A stretch of 64,000 nucleotides of DNA, taken from assembly GCA_963705255.1 (NCBI GenBank), contig OY970061.1, forward strand, positions 864,001-928,000, in the 5' to 3' direction. The notes below the pieces were generated by a model, which had not been told where the DNA came from, searched no databases, and saw nothing but the letters and a program-made list of their open reading frames with translations. Shown here piece after piece: positions 41,399 to 53,819 of this stretch; position 1 is the stretch's first letter, and every line of letters starts with the position of its first letter. The translations under genes were made by a program, and so were the position numbers. Source of the DNA: an uncultured Methanoregulaceae archaeon. Its GTDB lineage: Archaea > Halobacteriota > Methanomicrobia > Methanomicrobiales > Methanospirillaceae.

Positions 41399-42190
41399 TT
41401 ACTGCTGGTATACTGAAGAGCCCGCGAGATCGTTCCAGTACTCATCGCAGGATTCCCGGCAATATCCCCCCGCGGCGACCTGGTCAGGATCGAGATGGGA
41501 GAGTGCCAGTTCAATAGCTTGGCGGTCCGGGTCCATGATGAAGATCTTCCCCAAATCGTACTCGCCGGTCAGGTCGAACAGGATATTGAGCTGGTCTTTT
41601 CCCACGGCGACCTGCCGCTGGTGTTCGAGGAGACCTGCAAGGCTTTCCCGATCCGGATCCGGTAAAAAAAAGAAGACTTTCTGGCCTGCCAGCGCCGCGA
41701 GTTCCTCGTCCTTCACCGTATCTCCGATCAGGACGTGCCCGGAAATGCCGATATCCCGCATTGCACGCATCAGGGCACGGTACATGCTGTTGATCGCATC
41801 GCTCCATTCATATTCATCATCATAATAGCTGTCGGCTATGGCCAGCATGTGCGGGGCGGGAAGTGCGCACCAGGAACCTTTTTTCTGCACCACGATGCCG
41901 GCCGCATCTTCAATGATATCCCGGGATTCGAAGTGGATCTCTCCCGTGGCCTTCCCATCCACGATCCCCCTGATACTCTCCAGGACCCTCTTCCGGTAAA
42001 ATAATCCCCCGGCACAGGGAGTGAGGATGCCGGCAGGGATCTGCGGGGCAAGCGACCGGTCCAGCTGGAAGGTCATAATATCCGCAAGATGCCCCCGGTG
42101 CTCTGCGATCCATCCCGCGAGCCCGGCAACATCCGGCAGGCCAGGCTCCGCACCGAATGCCCGCGTTGCCAGCTCCAGCCGCTTCGTCAT
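41399..42190 (-). CDS. Hypothetical protein, possibly MetE/UROD-like barrel
   Basis: 263-aa ORF; ALPAP..L..DSYY..E...MYRALMRAMRDIGISGHVLIGD is reminiscent of core-MetE barrels. Confidence 0.6.
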   Translation of the reverse strand: MTKRLELATRAFGAEPGLPDVAGLAGWIAEHRGHLADIMTFQLDRSLAPQIPAGILTPCAGGLFYRKRVLESIRGIVDGKATGEIHFESRDIIEDAAGIVVQKKGSWCALPAPHMLAIADSYYDDEYEWSDAINSMYRALMRAMRDIGISGHVLIGDTVKDEELAALAGQKVFFFLPDPDRESLAGLLEHQRQVAVGKDQLNILFDLTGEYDLGKIFIMDPDRQAIELALSHLDPDQVAAGGYCRESCDEYWNDLAGSSVYQQ

Positions 42191-42229
42191 ATACAGATCT
42201 TATTACTCATAAGCATCTAAAAAGTACTG

Positions 42230-44217
42230 ATGAATCCGCAACCGCTGCTCGTCACCTGCGGGCTGCCGTACACGAACGGCCCCTGCCATTTAGGTCATCT
42301 GCGAACGTACGTCCCTGCCGACGCGTACGTCCGCTACATGCGGCGGGCGGGCGAAGAAGTGCTCTTCGTCTGCGGTTCGGACAACCACGGCACACCCATC
42401 GTCGTCTCTGCCGAAGATGCCGGCATCTCGCCCCGGGCGCTCTCTGAACGTTATCATACGCATTTCGCCGAGACGTTCAGGAGGATGGGAGTCATCTTCG
42501 ACCGCTTCGGGATGACTGACGACCCGGCCACCCACCACCGCACGCAGGCCATCGTCTCCGCACTCGAGAAGAACGGCTATATCTACAAGCAGATCGTACA
42601 CCAGGCTTACTGCACGAAATGCAGGCGCTTCCTTCCCGACCGGTACGTAGAGGGGATCTGCCCCCATTGCGGAACCGCTGCACGGGGCGATGAGTGCGAC
42701 CAAGGGTGTGGCAGGCACCTCGAACCCGGCGAGATAAAAGACCCGGTCTGCAAGGTCTGCGGCACGAAGGCCGAGTTCCGGGACCAGGAGCATTATTTTT
42801 TTAAGCTCTCGGAGTTCAGGGACTTCCTCCTGTCTTTCCTTGAGAACGTAAGGGGCACAAGCAATGCGAAGAACTATGCCATTGGCTGGGTTAAGGACGA
42901 ACTTCACGACTGGTGTATCACCCGGACTCTGGAGTGGGGCGTGAAGTTCCCCGGCCGGGACGACCTCGTTGTCTATGTCTGGGTCGATGCCCCGATCGGG
43001 TACATTGCGTTTACCGAGGAGTGGGCAGAGAAGAGCGGCAGGGACTGGAAACGCTACTGGTGCGGGGAGAACCGGGTCACTCATTTCATAGGCGGGGACA
43101 TCATCTACCACCATTCCATCTTCTGGCCAGCACTCCTGAAGGGGGCAGGCTATGGCGTCCCCCACGCAATCGTGGCAAGCGGGATGGTGAAAGTCGATGA
43201 CCACAAGTTCTCCAAGTCACGCGGCTACGTGGTCTGGACCAATGACGACTACCTTGACAAAGGGCTTCCGGCCGATTACCTCCGGTATTACCTGCTTGCG
43301 TACACGAGCCATACCAAGGAACTCAACTTCTCCTGGAAGATCTTTGGCGAGCGGATCAACAATGAAGTGGTCAATATCCTCGGGAATTTTGTGTACCGCA
43401 CGCTCTTCCTTGCCCAGAAGGAGTTTAATGGGATCCCCCCGGCCCGGTCGATCCTGAGATTGTTGCGGAGATTGAGAAGAGCCTTGCCACGGTCGATGCA
43501 CTCATGCAGGACTATGAGTTCAAAGGAGCAGTCGACGCGATCATGGGGCTTGCGGCTTTCGGTAATACGTACATCCAGAACAATGCTCCTTGGAAACTGG
43601 TCAAAATAGACCGGACAGCTGCGGCCCGGGTCATCAGGAACTGCGTGCAGATCGTCAAAGCTCTTGCGCTCCTGATCGAGCCGGTGATGCCGGACTCGGC
43701 GCAGCGGTGCTGGGAGATGCTCGGTTACTATGATAACGTGGCAACCCACCCGATAAATGATTCGATCTGCCCGGTTCCGGAGACCTGTATCAATGTCCCG
43801 GTCCCATTGTTTGTCAAGATGGAAGATAACCAGGTTGCAGAGCTCGATGCCCTGCTCCGGAAACGTGTCGCGGAGGCGAACGGGAAAATGGAAAAGACAC
43901 CAACCGTATCATTCGAAGAATTCCAGAAACTGGAGATCAGGACCGGCAGGGTCCTCTCTGCCGAACCTGTACCGAAGTCGGACAAGCTCTTGAAACTCAT
44001 GGTGGATATCGGCACCGAAAAACGCCAGATCGTGGCCGGTATGCAGCAGTTCTATACCCCCGGGGAACTCGTGGGGAAAGACGTGGTTGTGGTCGTTAAC
44101 CTTGCGCCCGCCAGAATCTTCGGTGTGGAGAGCAATGGCATGGTACTTGCTGCCGGGGATGCGACCTCGCTCCTGGTGCCCCTGAATCCGGTGGAGCCGG
44201 GAAGTAAAATACGGTAA
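42230..44217 (+). CDS. metG: Methionine--tRNA ligase, frameshift near 43445
   Basis: [12 protein letters not shown], two Zn knuckles, YVWVDA, KFSKS, C-terminal tRNA-binding OB domain. Confidence 0.95.
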
Positions 44218-45069
44218 ATGTATTGCGTTCCGTTCTTTCTGAATTTTATACCAGCGACGAACGGGATGCGATGATGCGGGTTGCTGTGATCTGCCGGAGG
44301 AGAATCGCCCGGGGAAAGCGGTCCGGGGATCCATCCTGCAACATTTGTATGAGTGATTTCAGATAACGAGTGGTTCTTCCTCCTGCAAAGCAGGAGGACA
44401 ACCACTCTGATCAAGAGTCCGCTGCATCCACACTTAAATTGCTAAAATGGTGCAGGTGGAATTATGTTACCCGCCGGTTCAATGGTTGAACCGGAAAAAG
44501 CAGTGCTGCTGATCTGTGAGAAAAATCCCATGGCCCTTCCATTTTTGACTGGGGGGAAAAGAGGAATGTTTAACCATTACTCATCGATCTGCCGGCTCGT
44601 GATGCCCCCCGCACTTTTCATAGAACTGTGAGATCATCAATGGATCGCTATTGGCGGTCCGATATTTTTTGGGTGTGGCGGTCCTGTTGCTACGGTTTCT
44701 TCGTATCTCACGGTCCTCATACGATGAATGGTACTATTCCGGGCCTGTTTCAGCCCCCGTTTGCCAATCCGGGGATCCCGTTTTTTCCTGCAGTGGAAAT
44801 TATGTCCACGCCCTTGGAAAAGTCACTGTAAATCAAATATTTTCTGAAAAGACTGAATATTATTTGCGTTTCAACCTGCAATTTAGCGGGGTTTAAACAG
44901 CCCCGGTTTTTTGATCGTAGAACAGACCCTGCAAACGGAAAGAACCCCTGTTTTGGGGATCGCCACTCACTTCAGCCCGGCCATCTGCTTTTCCATGCCG
45001 TAGGATGAAAATATCCACAAGAAGACTGAACCGTGGGAATGAATAAGGATTGGGATAAAAGGGGGCGGA

Positions 45070-46539
45070 TTATTCGAAGAGCCGGTAGTTCGGCGCTTCG
45101 TCCGTGATCATGATGTTGTGCGGGTGGCTCTCGGTCATGCCGGCGTTGGTGATCCGGACAAACCTTGCCTTGGTGTGCATCTCCTGGATGGTTTTTGAAC
45201 CCGTGTATCCCATGGCTGACTTGAGCCCGCCGACAAACTGGTAGATAACTTCGCCCACGTGGCCGACATAGGGAGTGACACCCTCCACACCTTCGGGTAC
45301 AAACTTCGTGCTCCCGATGTCCTTCTTCTGGAAGTACCGGTCGCTCGACTGTCCCGTACTCATGACACCCAGGGACCCCATGCCGCGGTACTGCTTATAC
45401 CGCCTGCCTTTCATGGTGATCACTTTCCCGGGGGACTCGTCAGTACCGGCAAACATGCTGCCCATCATGACGCTATCTGCGCCTGCTGCGATCGCTTTTG
45501 CAACATCCCCGCTGAACCGGACGCCCCCGTCAGAAATGACCGGCACGTCCGCACCGTGGGCAACGTCTGCGACCTGCGCAACAGCGGTGATCTGGGGAAC
45601 TCCTGTACCGGCAACGATACGGGTCGTGCAGATTGAACCGGGCCCGATGCCGACTTTGATCCCGTCCACGCCGGCACTGAGAAGGGCTTCTGCAGCCTCT
45701 TTTGTCGCGATGTTACCTGCGATCACTTCCGCTTTGACGCTTCCCTTGATCTCCTGGACCGCAGCGACAACTTTCATGTTGTGGCCGTGAGCGCAGTCTA
45801 CGACGAGCGCATCGACGCCGTTCTGGTCAAGAAGTTCCACGCGGGCAAAATCGAACGGCCCGACCGCAGCAGCAACCCGGAGGTTGCCGGTCCTGTCCCT
45901 GCTTGCGAACGGGTACTGGCGCTTTTCGAGCAGGTCCTGCATGGTGATGATACCGATCAGCTTGCCGTTCCCGTTGATGACCGGCAACCGCTCGACTTTA
46001 TTCGTATACATGATCTCAAGCGCTTTTTCTGCAGTGATGTCTTCATCGGCCACGATCGGTTTTTTGGTCATGATCGTAGTGATCTTCTCATCTCCCCGCT
46101 TTGAGACGATCGCCCGGACATCACGGCGGCTCACGATCCCGATGATCTTGCCCCTGTCCACGACCGGGAGTCCCCCGATACTGTACTGGTTCATCAGGTT
46201 CTCGGCATCGGAGACCGTCGCACTGTCCTCTACGAACAGGACTTCGCGTTCAATCAGCTCTTCAGCCTGCTTGACCACAATAATTTCCTGCAGCGACCGC
46301 TCCGGCGTCATGTTCCGGTGAATCACGCCGATACCGCCCTCGCGGGCGAGTGCAATAGCCATCGTTGCTTCGGTCACGGTGTCCATTGCCGCCGATACCA
46401 GCGGAATATTGAGATGGATCTTTTTCGAAAACTTCGATCTGGTATCTGCTTCGGAAGGCTCAAGCCACGAGGCCTGCGGTTCGAGCAGCACATCGTCAAA
46501 AGTTAATGAGAGTGGCACATCCAGTTTCTCGACAAACAT
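45070..46539 (-). CDS. guaB: IMP dehydrogenase
   Basis: [12 protein letters not shown] pair, [23 protein letters not shown]. Confidence 0.96.
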   Translation of the reverse strand: MFVEKLDVPLSLTFDDVLLEPQASWLEPSEADTRSKFSKKIHLNIPLVSAAMDTVTEATMAIALAREGGIGVIHRNMTPERSLQEIIVVKQAEELIEREVLFVEDSATVSDAENLMNQYSIGGLPVVDRGKIIGIVSRRDVRAIVSKRGDEKITTIMTKKPIVADEDITAEKALEIMYTNKVERLPVINGNGKLIGIITMQDLLEKRQYPFASRDRTGNLRVAAAVGPFDFARVELLDQNGVDALVVDCAHGHNMKVVAAVQEIKGSVKAEVIAGNIATKEAAEALLSAGVDGIKVGIGPGSICTTRIVAGTGVPQITAVAQVADVAHGADVPVISDGGVRFSGDVAKAIAAGADSVMMGSMFAGTDESPGKVITMKGRRYKQYRGMGSLGVMSTGQSSDRYFQKKDIGSTKFVPEGVEGVTPYVGHVGEVIYQFVGGLKSAMGYTGSKTIQEMHTKARFVRITNAGMTESHPHNIMITDEAPNYRLFE

Positions 46540-46542
46540 GAT

Positions 46543-47229
46543 TCACCTGATCATGGCAAGTGCGGTCTGGATCAAGTCCTCGCGGACCGTGGCATTCCTG
46601 TCCCCGCCGCAGACCATTCCCCGCACGCCGATAATATCCGGGTTGATGCGCTTGAGCGCGTCAATATCTTCAAATTTCAGTGCACCGGCAAGGGCCGTCC
46701 CGAGGCCCAGTTTCCGGTTCTTCTCGGTAAAGTCGCGGAGCTTCTCCTCGGTCATGAACGCAAACGTGCTCTGCCGGTCCTTAATGCCGGTGTCGACCAT
46801 GGCAAAATCCGCCCCGCACTTCGCGGCAATCGGTGCCATCTCGAACGGGGAGATCGTGCTCATCCGCTCGTAATCCGAATAGGCAGCTATGACGACAAAC
46901 TTTTTCGGGAACTCGTCTTTCACGGCCCTGACAACCGCGTGGATGACCTCCTTTGCCTGTTCCTGCCCATCGAATGCCAGCCCGATCTTCACGTAGTCAG
47001 CCCCGGCACAGGCCGCCCCGTAGGCAGCGAGAGATGCCCCGCCTGGCTTGTAATCGAAGTCCCCGATCGCCGCACTCACCGGCTTTTTTGAAAACGACTT
47101 GATCTCGCGGATGACCCAGGGAAAGTTTGCCCCGAGCGATCCTTCGGAAGGTTTTTTGACGTCGATGATGTCAGCGGCGGCGGAGTGCCTTGCTTCGGCG
47201 ATAGAGCTTGGGCTGACCAACAATTGCAT
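46543..47229 (-). CDS. mfnB: 4-HFC-P synthase (methanofuran biosynthesis)
   Basis: LLVSP, DIIDVKKPSEGSLGANFPW, VSAAIGD, MVDTGIKD, ALAG.L, IIGVRG. Confidence 0.9.
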   Translation of the reverse strand: MQLLVSPSSIAEARHSAAADIIDVKKPSEGSLGANFPWVIREIKSFSKKPVSAAIGDFDYKPGGASLAAYGAACAGADYVKIGLAFDGQEQAKEVIHAVVRAVKDEFPKKFVVIAAYSDYERMSTISPFEMAPIAAKCGADFAMVDTGIKDRQSTFAFMTEEKLRDFTEKNRKLGLGTALAGALKFEDIDALKRINPDIIGVRGMVCGGDRNATVREDLIQTALAMIR

Positions 47230-47272
47230 AAAGTTTAATGATCTTTTATCCTAATAGTGATTGCGTTCGCCT

Positions 47273-47944
47273 ATGGAACTGGTTCTTGCGATGGATTTGA
47301 AGAAGAATCTGGTTGTGCATGGTAAATCCGGGAAACGTGCGAGCTACAAACCGCTGGACTGGGGATGTTCCCCGACGGCCGAACCGCATGGTTTTGTCAG
47401 GGCTGTCGCCCCGAAGTTCCTCTACATCGCGGATCTCGACCGGATCGAACGGATCGGCTCGCATGACCGGATTGTTGCGGAATGCGCACGGCAGGTCTCT
47501 GCATGCTACGTGGACCGTGGCTGCCGGTCTCCGGACGATCTCCTCAACGGTTACCGTATCCGGAACATTGTCGGCACCGAGACGGGCGGTGACGACCTCT
47601 CGCGATACACGGGCGGTTTCCTGAGCATCGACGTCGTGGACGGGCGCGTCATCCCATCAGGCAGCGATCCGGTCGATTTTCTCAGGAGAGCGAACGGCTG
47701 GAAATTTGACGGTTGCATTATTCTCAACATCGGTGCCGTGGGAACGGAGACCGGGATCAACAAGGACACGCTCGGAAAAATGCGGGCCGCATATCACAGG
47801 AAACTGTTCTATGGCGGGGGCGTTGCAACCGTTGCAGACCTGCAGGTGCTCAGCGATGCCGGGTTTGACGGTGCGATCATTGCCACTGCCCTGCACCGTG
47901 GTACGGTACCGCTGGCGTGGATCCGGAGGGGACGCTGTTGTTAA
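47273..47944 (+). CDS. HisA/HisF-related TIM-barrel protein
   Basis: AMDLKKNLVVHGKSGKRASYKP, YIADLDRI, VGTET, YGGGV, ATALH. Confidence 0.82.
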   Translation: MELVLAMDLKKNLVVHGKSGKRASYKPLDWGCSPTAEPHGFVRAVAPKFLYIADLDRIERIGSHDRIVAECARQVSACYVDRGCRSPDDLLNGYRIRNIVGTETGGDDLSRYTGGFLSIDVVDGRVIPSGSDPVDFLRRANGWKFDGCIILNIGAVGTETGINKDTLGKMRAAYHRKLFYGGGVATVADLQVLSDAGFDGAIIATALHRGTVPLAWIRRGRCC

Positions 47945-48555
47945 TCACGCTGGAAGGAATTGACGGGAGCGGGAAGAGCACACTGCACGCCGCACTCAGG
48001 GAACCGCTCGCTGACCTCGCCCCGGTCTTCACCTGCGAGCCGGGGGCTACATGGATCGGAGCAGCGGTGAGACGGGCAATTGCAGAACAGATCGACCCTG
48101 TCACGGAAGCGACCCTCTTTGTCGCTGATCATGCCGCGCACCTGGCAAAAGTAGTCCGGCCCGCCCTTGCCGAAGGAAAACTCGTCATCTCTGACCGGTA
48201 CAGCGACAGCCGGTATGCTTATCAGTCAGTCACCCTGCAGGGGATCATCCCGGAACCCGAGCAGTGGCTCCGGGCCATGCACAACAGCTGGACGATCATC
48301 CCCGACAGAACATTTCTCTGCGTCCTGCCGGTGGATGAGGCCCTGACCCGGCTCAAGCCGCAGGACAAGCGGGAGCATTTCGAGCGGCGCGAGGTGCTGG
48401 AAAAAGTCCAGAACAATTACCTCTCCTTTGCCCGCGCCGAGCCGTCGCGGTTCGTCATCGTTGATGCGATGCTGGAAAAAGAAGCGATCGCGAAGTTTGT
48501 GGCGGGTGCGATCCGGCAGGACCTGAAATCCAACAAGAAGAAACGGAAAAAATAA
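47938..48555 (+). CDS. tmk: Thymidylate kinase
   Basis: LEGIDGSGKST, EPG, ISDRYSDSRYAYQ. Confidence 0.94.
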   Translation: MLITLEGIDGSGKSTLHAALREPLADLAPVFTCEPGATWIGAAVRRAIAEQIDPVTEATLFVADHAAHLAKVVRPALAEGKLVISDRYSDSRYAYQSVTLQGIIPEPEQWLRAMHNSWTIIPDRTFLCVLPVDEALTRLKPQDKREHFERREVLEKVQNNYLSFARAEPSRFVIVDAMLEKEAIAKFVAGAIRQDLKSNKKKRKK

Positions 48556-49336
48556 TTTGTCCAAATATTTTCATGAGCCTCCGGCAAAATAATTCCGGAG
48601 CCTTCATTAAATCCCGGTGAGTGGGAATTTTTTTTATTTTTTCACGGAAAATTTTCTGGAAAAAATTTTTGGTTTTTCCTTTTCAAAATTTTTTCAATAA
48701 AAATTCAGAAACAATTTTCAAAAAAAAATTCCGGCCCGGAGAAAAAAATCCGGTCTCAGGCCCTTTCCCTCAACGTCGGAACCCCCCCGAAAACAACCCT
48801 CCCGGGATCCTCATTTTTTGAGCTTGGCAACCTTCCCAATCCGGGCCTTATACGAGCCCCGTTTCACGGAAAAGTGGAAACGGGGCTCAAATCGGGCTCC
48901 GTTTTGGATCCGCCGACCCCTTGTTTGGCACGAAACTCCTAGTGGATTTGCATGAACAGGGGGTCCGGCAAATCATCACGATTCTACATCGACCGGGGGA
49001 ATGCGATCCCAAGGGACCTGCACTGTCGAAAACCCCGCAAAATCCCCGGTTTGCCGAACGGAGCGTTTTTGAAAAATCGCGTAATACTGGCTCGGAATGC
49101 CAGAAAGAGGTTGTTTTGAGGTTTTTGGGAACAGGGTGAGTTTTCGCATAAAACTCTTTGTTCGACTAAAGAACGGGCAGAGAAAAAGATGCCCGAAAAA
49201 GTGCCTCTATGGGGCTCCGGAGGGCATTATATGCGCTCCATTTTGAGCCCCTTTTGGGGAACGGGGTATGATTCTGGGCTATTCTCACGTCGGAGAATGG
49301 GGTTTACGATGGAGAGAGGGAGTGTCAGGTAATTGA

Positions 49337-49470
49337 GTTGCCGCGGGGAGTCAATGATCTCATCAGCGATAATTGACCTGAGAAGAATTTTTCAGAATTC
49401 TTTGATTGTGCCCCGGTGGGGACAGCCGAAGGCTGCGGAGAAGACATCAGTCTTCGACTGCAGCGGCAGC
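49337..49470. repeat. Family B-related palindromic repeat with two hairpin modules
   Basis: Outer stem gttgccgc/gcggcagc enclosing a degenerate module and ggggacagccgaaggctgcggagaagac-atca-gtcttcgac. Confidence 0.75.
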
Positions 49471-49557
49471 AATCCTCATATCAGAATAGAGGCAGGCTAT
49501 CCTGCATATTCCGAAAAATAAAATTTTAAAAATGATCTTGAAAACTATTCAAAAAAA

Positions 49558-52149
49558 TTATTTCTTCGCAATCGTCACGATCACATCCCCGACCGCGATC
49601 ACGTCCACCTTCGCACCCTCTTCCATATAGGAGAACTTCGGGCTGAACGCGTTCCCGGGAATTGCGGTCTCGACACCATCCAGCATGATTATTTTGGGTG
49701 GTGTTTCCAGCTGGGCGGGCGTGAGCGCCCGGACCGCAGTCATGAATGCCTGTGCCTGCTTGCGGAACGTGGGACCGACTACAGAACGGTTAAACTCGAT
49801 ATCGGTGATTACCCGGTCAAGTTTTGCCACGTCCGTGCGCCAGTGGACATCCGCGTTGAGTGTGCGGGCGGTATCACCCTCATCATTGACCGTGTGTGGT
49901 GCATAAATGGAAACTTTGCCGAGCGGAGCGTTGAGCGCGAGACCCGCGTCATGTTTGTACTTCCGTACTTCGGCAACCACCTGGACGAGCAGGTTGCCTT
50001 CGCTGCGGGCATCGTCATCGTCATAGGTGAATGTGACCCACGGTTGTTTGTGGACGCTCTCGCCCTTGAGGTACGAGTAGCATTCTTCGGCAAAGTAGGG
50101 AGTGAACGGGGCAAGCATCCGGCAGAGGGCATCGAACGCGGTGTGGAGCACAAGGCAGGCACTCTTCCGGGCCGCATCCTGCTGATAGAGCCGGCCCTTG
50201 ACGAGCTCGATATAGTTGTCGGCAAGGACATCCCATGCAAACTCGCGGATAGCCTTGAGCGCGACATCGAACTGGTAGGCTTCCATGGCACCGCTGACCT
50301 GTTCCACGGTATCCGAGAGACGGACGAGGAGCCAGCGGTCGGCAAGCGCGGTGACCGGCACACTCTCGTCAAGCCCCTCCTTGCCGAGCTGCATCAGGGC
50401 AAACTTGGTGATGTTCCACATCTTCGTCTGGAAGCGCGATGCGGCGACCACGTCGTTCCAGTTGAACATGATATCGGAGCCGGTCGCGGCCCCCATCGCT
50501 CCCCACTGACGGAGGGCGTCGGCGCCGTACTTGCTCAGGATCTCCTCGGGCACGATGATGTTGCCGCGGCTCTTGCTCATCTTGAAGCCGTCCTCGCCAA
50601 GTACCATGCCGTTGACGAGGATCTCGTCCCATGGCTTCTGGCCGGTCAGGGCGACCGAGCGGAGGATGGTGTAAAAGGCCCACGTCCGGATGATATCGTG
50701 TCCTTGCGGGCGGATCTGGGCGGGGAAGTACGGCGGGGTGCCGCTGCCATCCCAGCCGGTCACGTTGAGAACCGATATAGAGGAGTCCATCCACGTGTCG
50801 AGTACGTCCACTTCTCCGGCAAACGATGTGCTGCCGCACTTCGGGCACGGGTATCCGGGCTTTACGAGTGTCGGATCGACCGGGAGGGTTTTCTCATCGG
50901 GGGTCACCATCTCGCCGCATCTCGTACAGAACCAGACCGGGATCGGCGTCGCGAAGATCCGCTGCCGGGAGATGCACCAGTCCCACTCCATCTGTTCGAC
51001 CCAGTTCTCCATCCGCCGGAGCATGTGCTCGGGATACCATGTTATCTGGTGAGCTGCCCTCTGGATCTCATCCGGCTTTATTTTCACAAACCACTGGCGC
51101 TCTGAGAGGATCTCGATGGGGGTCTTGCAGCGCCAGCAGGTGCCCACGCGCTGCGCAAGTTTCTCCTGACGGCGGAGGATCTTCTTCTCCTCCATGTCGG
51201 CAAGGATTGCGGCACGGCACTCGGTTGCGTTCATTCCCTTGTATTTACCGGCAATGCCGGTCATCTTCCCCTGCCGGTCAATGGCTTTCCTCAGCGCGAG
51301 GTTGTGCTGTTTCCACCAGTGGACATCCTGCTTGTCGCCAAAAGTACAGATCATCACGGCGCCCGAGCCGAATGCGGGATCGACGGCCTCATCCTGGACG
51401 ACCGGGACTTCGTGGCCGAAGAGGGGTACTTTCATGGATCTGCCTTTCAGCTTATGGTAGCGCTCATCGCCGGGGTGCACAGCAACAGCCACGCAGGCTG
51501 CAAGGAGCTCGGGGCGGGTGGTTGCGATCTCGAGACTATCGAAATCGAAGTAATTGAGCGTAGTCTCGCGGTCGTCATAAGCAACTTCCGCAAACGCGAT
51601 TGCCGTCTCGCAGCGGGTGCAGTAGTTGACCGGGTGTTCGCTCCGGTAGATATACCCGCTTTCGAGCATGCGTAAAAACGAGAGCTGCGTCTTGACGTAA
51701 TACTGCGGCATCATGGTGATGTACTCGTTGGACCAGTCCGTGGAGAATGCCATCTTGCGCAGGGTCTGGCGCATCGCCGCGATGTTCTTTATCGTAAGGT
51801 CCCGGCACATCTTCCGGAAATCCTCGCGGGAGACATCGTTCTTTGTGATCTTATTGATCTCTTCCACCTTCACTTCGGTCGGCAGACCGTGGCAGTCCCA
51901 CCCCTGGGGGAACATCACGTTGAACCCCTTCATCCGCTTGTAACGGGCGAAGAAGTCGATGTAGCACCAGTTCAGCGCGTTCCCGATATGGAAGTTGCCT
52001 GTGGGGTAAGGGGGAGGGGTATCAATTACAAACTGGGGCTTTTTCGAATTTTTGTCAAAAAAGTGGTCCTCATCGCGCCAGGTCTTCCTCCAGCGTTCCT
52101 CCACTTCGGCAAAATCATAGTTTTTCGGCAGTTGATCTGATGGCACCAT
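49558..52149 (-). CDS. valS: Valine--tRNA ligase
   Basis: [41 protein letters not shown]. Confidence 0.96.
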   Translation of the reverse strand: MVPSDQLPKNYDFAEVEERWRKTWRDEDHFFDKNSKKPQFVIDTPPPYPTGNFHIGNALNWCYIDFFARYKRMKGFNVMFPQGWDCHGLPTEVKVEEINKITKNDVSREDFRKMCRDLTIKNIAAMRQTLRKMAFSTDWSNEYITMMPQYYVKTQLSFLRMLESGYIYRSEHPVNYCTRCETAIAFAEVAYDDRETTLNYFDFDSLEIATTRPELLAACVAVAVHPGDERYHKLKGRSMKVPLFGHEVPVVQDEAVDPAFGSGAVMICTFGDKQDVHWWKQHNLALRKAIDRQGKMTGIAGKYKGMNATECRAAILADMEEKKILRRQEKLAQRVGTCWRCKTPIEILSERQWFVKIKPDEIQRAAHQITWYPEHMLRRMENWVEQMEWDWCISRQRIFATPIPVWFCTRCGEMVTPDEKTLPVDPTLVKPGYPCPKCGSTSFAGEVDVLDTWMDSSISVLNVTGWDGSGTPPYFPAQIRPQGHDIIRTWAFYTILRSVALTGQKPWDEILVNGMVLGEDGFKMSKSRGNIIVPEEILSKYGADALRQWGAMGAATGSDIMFNWNDVVAASRFQTKMWNITKFALMQLGKEGLDESVPVTALADRWLLVRLSDTVEQVSGAMEAYQFDVALKAIREFAWDVLADNYIELVKGRLYQQDAARKSACLVLHTAFDALCRMLAPFTPYFAEECYSYLKGESVHKQPWVTFTYDDDDARSEGNLLVQVVAEVRKYKHDAGLALNAPLGKVSIYAPHTVNDEGDTARTLNADVHWRTDVAKLDRVITDIEFNRSVVGPTFRKQAQAFMTAVRALTPAQLETPPKIIMLDGVETAIPGNAFSPKFSYMEEGAKVDVIAVGDVIVTIAKK

Positions 52150-52289
52150 TCGGGTCAAGGTTGGTTGTGAAATAAAATATAGTGATCGTATACTATTCCG
52201 CATGCCTGGCAGGTACATGCCGGTAATCGTGTCTTCCGGGCAAAGGCAGCACAATAAAACTCTTTTTGCTTGAAAACAAATGATGACCA

Positions 52290-53492
52290 ATGCAGAGACA
52301 GCGGGGCCTCGGGTACGCGGCGGCAATCGTGGGGGGCGCCACCCTTGTCGGCCCCTACCTCAGGCCGGCCTGGCTGATGGGACTCGTCGTTATCCTCTAT
52401 GCCCTTATCCTCTGGCGTTTTTTCGATACGAAATATTTAACCTTCACCTTCTGTATCCTTTCCACTCTCTATGGTATCGGGCTGTTGCCGTTCTTCGTAT
52501 TCGCAACGAGCCTCGCCATGCTTGTGCTCGGTGAACTGGTCTTCCAGACGGGCGCCGACGACCTGAATACCTACCTGTACTATATCATTTCCACGGCATG
52601 GGCCGGCGTCCTCGTTATGGCGTACCTCCATGAGACCGCGATCCTGACCATCATCTTCGGCATTATCGCGGCGGTGCTCCTGAAGGTGATCCTGCTCAAA
52701 TACGAAGATTCACTGATGATTGAGGGCGTGGGTATCGCCATGACCATGTGGCTCATCCAGGAACTCAATTACCAGGCCAACCTCCAGATGGTCGTCGCTG
52801 CAGTCATTGTCGGGTTCACGTTCGGGTATTTTGCCTTCCGGTCAAAAACCGCCGACCTTTCCGGGCTCTTCTCCTCGGCACTTGTAGGCATCATTCTCCT
52901 GGTATTTGCTGATGCCAGGTGGTTCATGATTATGCTCACGTTCTTCATCCTGGGTTCCGCAGCGACCAGGTACAAATTCGAATACAAGAAGAGGATCGGC
53001 GTGGAGCAGGGCCAGAGCGGGGCCCGGGGTTACCGGAATGTTTTTGCGAACGGGATTGTGGCTACTGCTGCTGCAGTCCTGTTCGGAGTTTTTCAGCAGC
53101 CGGTCTTTATCGTCATGTATGTTGGCTGCGTAGCGACCGCTGCTGCAGATACGGTGGCGAGCGAGATCGGAGTGACCGGTGGGATCCCCTACATGATCAC
53201 AACATTGAAAAAAGTCCCCATTGGTACAAATGGCGGGGTGACGCTTGTGGGAGAGACGGTGGCACTCCTGGGCGGCTTTGCGGTCTCACTCATCGCACTC
53301 CTTATAGGCGTAATCACACCGTCGATGCTGGTTATCTGCACTCTCGCGGGTTTTGCCGGAACCAATATTGACAGTTTCGTGGGAGCAACCCTCGAAAACA
53401 AGGGCTTCCTCGGGAATGCCGGCACCAACCTGCTGGCAACAATCGGCGGCGGGCTCTTTGCAGTGGCGATATTCATTTTCCTGAAATTTTAA
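52290..53492 (+). CDS. DUF92/TIGR00297 family membrane protein
   Basis: Multi-pass; [36 protein letters not shown]. Confidence 0.88.
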   Translation: MQRQRGLGYAAAIVGGATLVGPYLRPAWLMGLVVILYALILWRFFDTKYLTFTFCILSTLYGIGLLPFFVFATSLAMLVLGELVFQTGADDLNTYLYYIISTAWAGVLVMAYLHETAILTIIFGIIAAVLLKVILLKYEDSLMIEGVGIAMTMWLIQELNYQANLQMVVAAVIVGFTFGYFAFRSKTADLSGLFSSALVGIILLVFADARWFMIMLTFFILGSAATRYKFEYKKRIGVEQGQSGARGYRNVFANGIVATAAAVLFGVFQQPVFIVMYVGCVATAAADTVASEIGVTGGIPYMITTLKKVPIGTNGGVTLVGETVALLGGFAVSLIALLIGVITPSMLVICTLAGFAGTNIDSFVGATLENKGFLGNAGTNLLATIGGGLFAVAIFIFLKF

Positions 53493-53556
53493 ACAGTAAA
53501 AATAGAATTTTCCTCGTTCCGGTTTAATTTCCTTGGTACGGTATTATCCGATAATC

Positions 53557-53813
53557 GGCTTTGTTGAAATCCTCAAGAGAAACATGCAGTCGCTCTTGGG
53601 GGCTCCAGCATTTTATGCTTCCGCCCCCGCCGCTGGGGCATCCCCCATATAGGGATAGTTCCTCAGAAGGTTGATGAAAAAACCCGAAATAACGGGGGTC
53701 AAGGGGACGCTCCCCTTGGGATGCCTCCCCCGCTGGGGGAGAGAGGGGGTCACCCTCCTAACCGCAGGAGAGTATAAGCAAATAAATCAGAAAAATAGGG
53801 TTTCAACAGAGCC
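53557..53813 (+). mobile_element. MITE family A, intact copy (257 bp)
   Basis: TIRs ggctttgttgaaatcct / agggtttcaacagagcc (15/17); exact 8-bp flanking duplication cgataatc (53549-53556 and 53814-53821); no transposase. Confidence 0.9.
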
Positions 53814-53819
53814 CGATAA

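Noticed and set aside
43430-43460. Programmed frameshifting in metG and the other split genes
   Set aside because: No shared slippery sequence; many unrelated housekeeping genes are affected, which fits sequencing error
44220-45060. Gene or ncRNA in the metG-guaB convergent gap
   Set aside because: Only short motif-less ORFs; no repeat or structure I could substantiate
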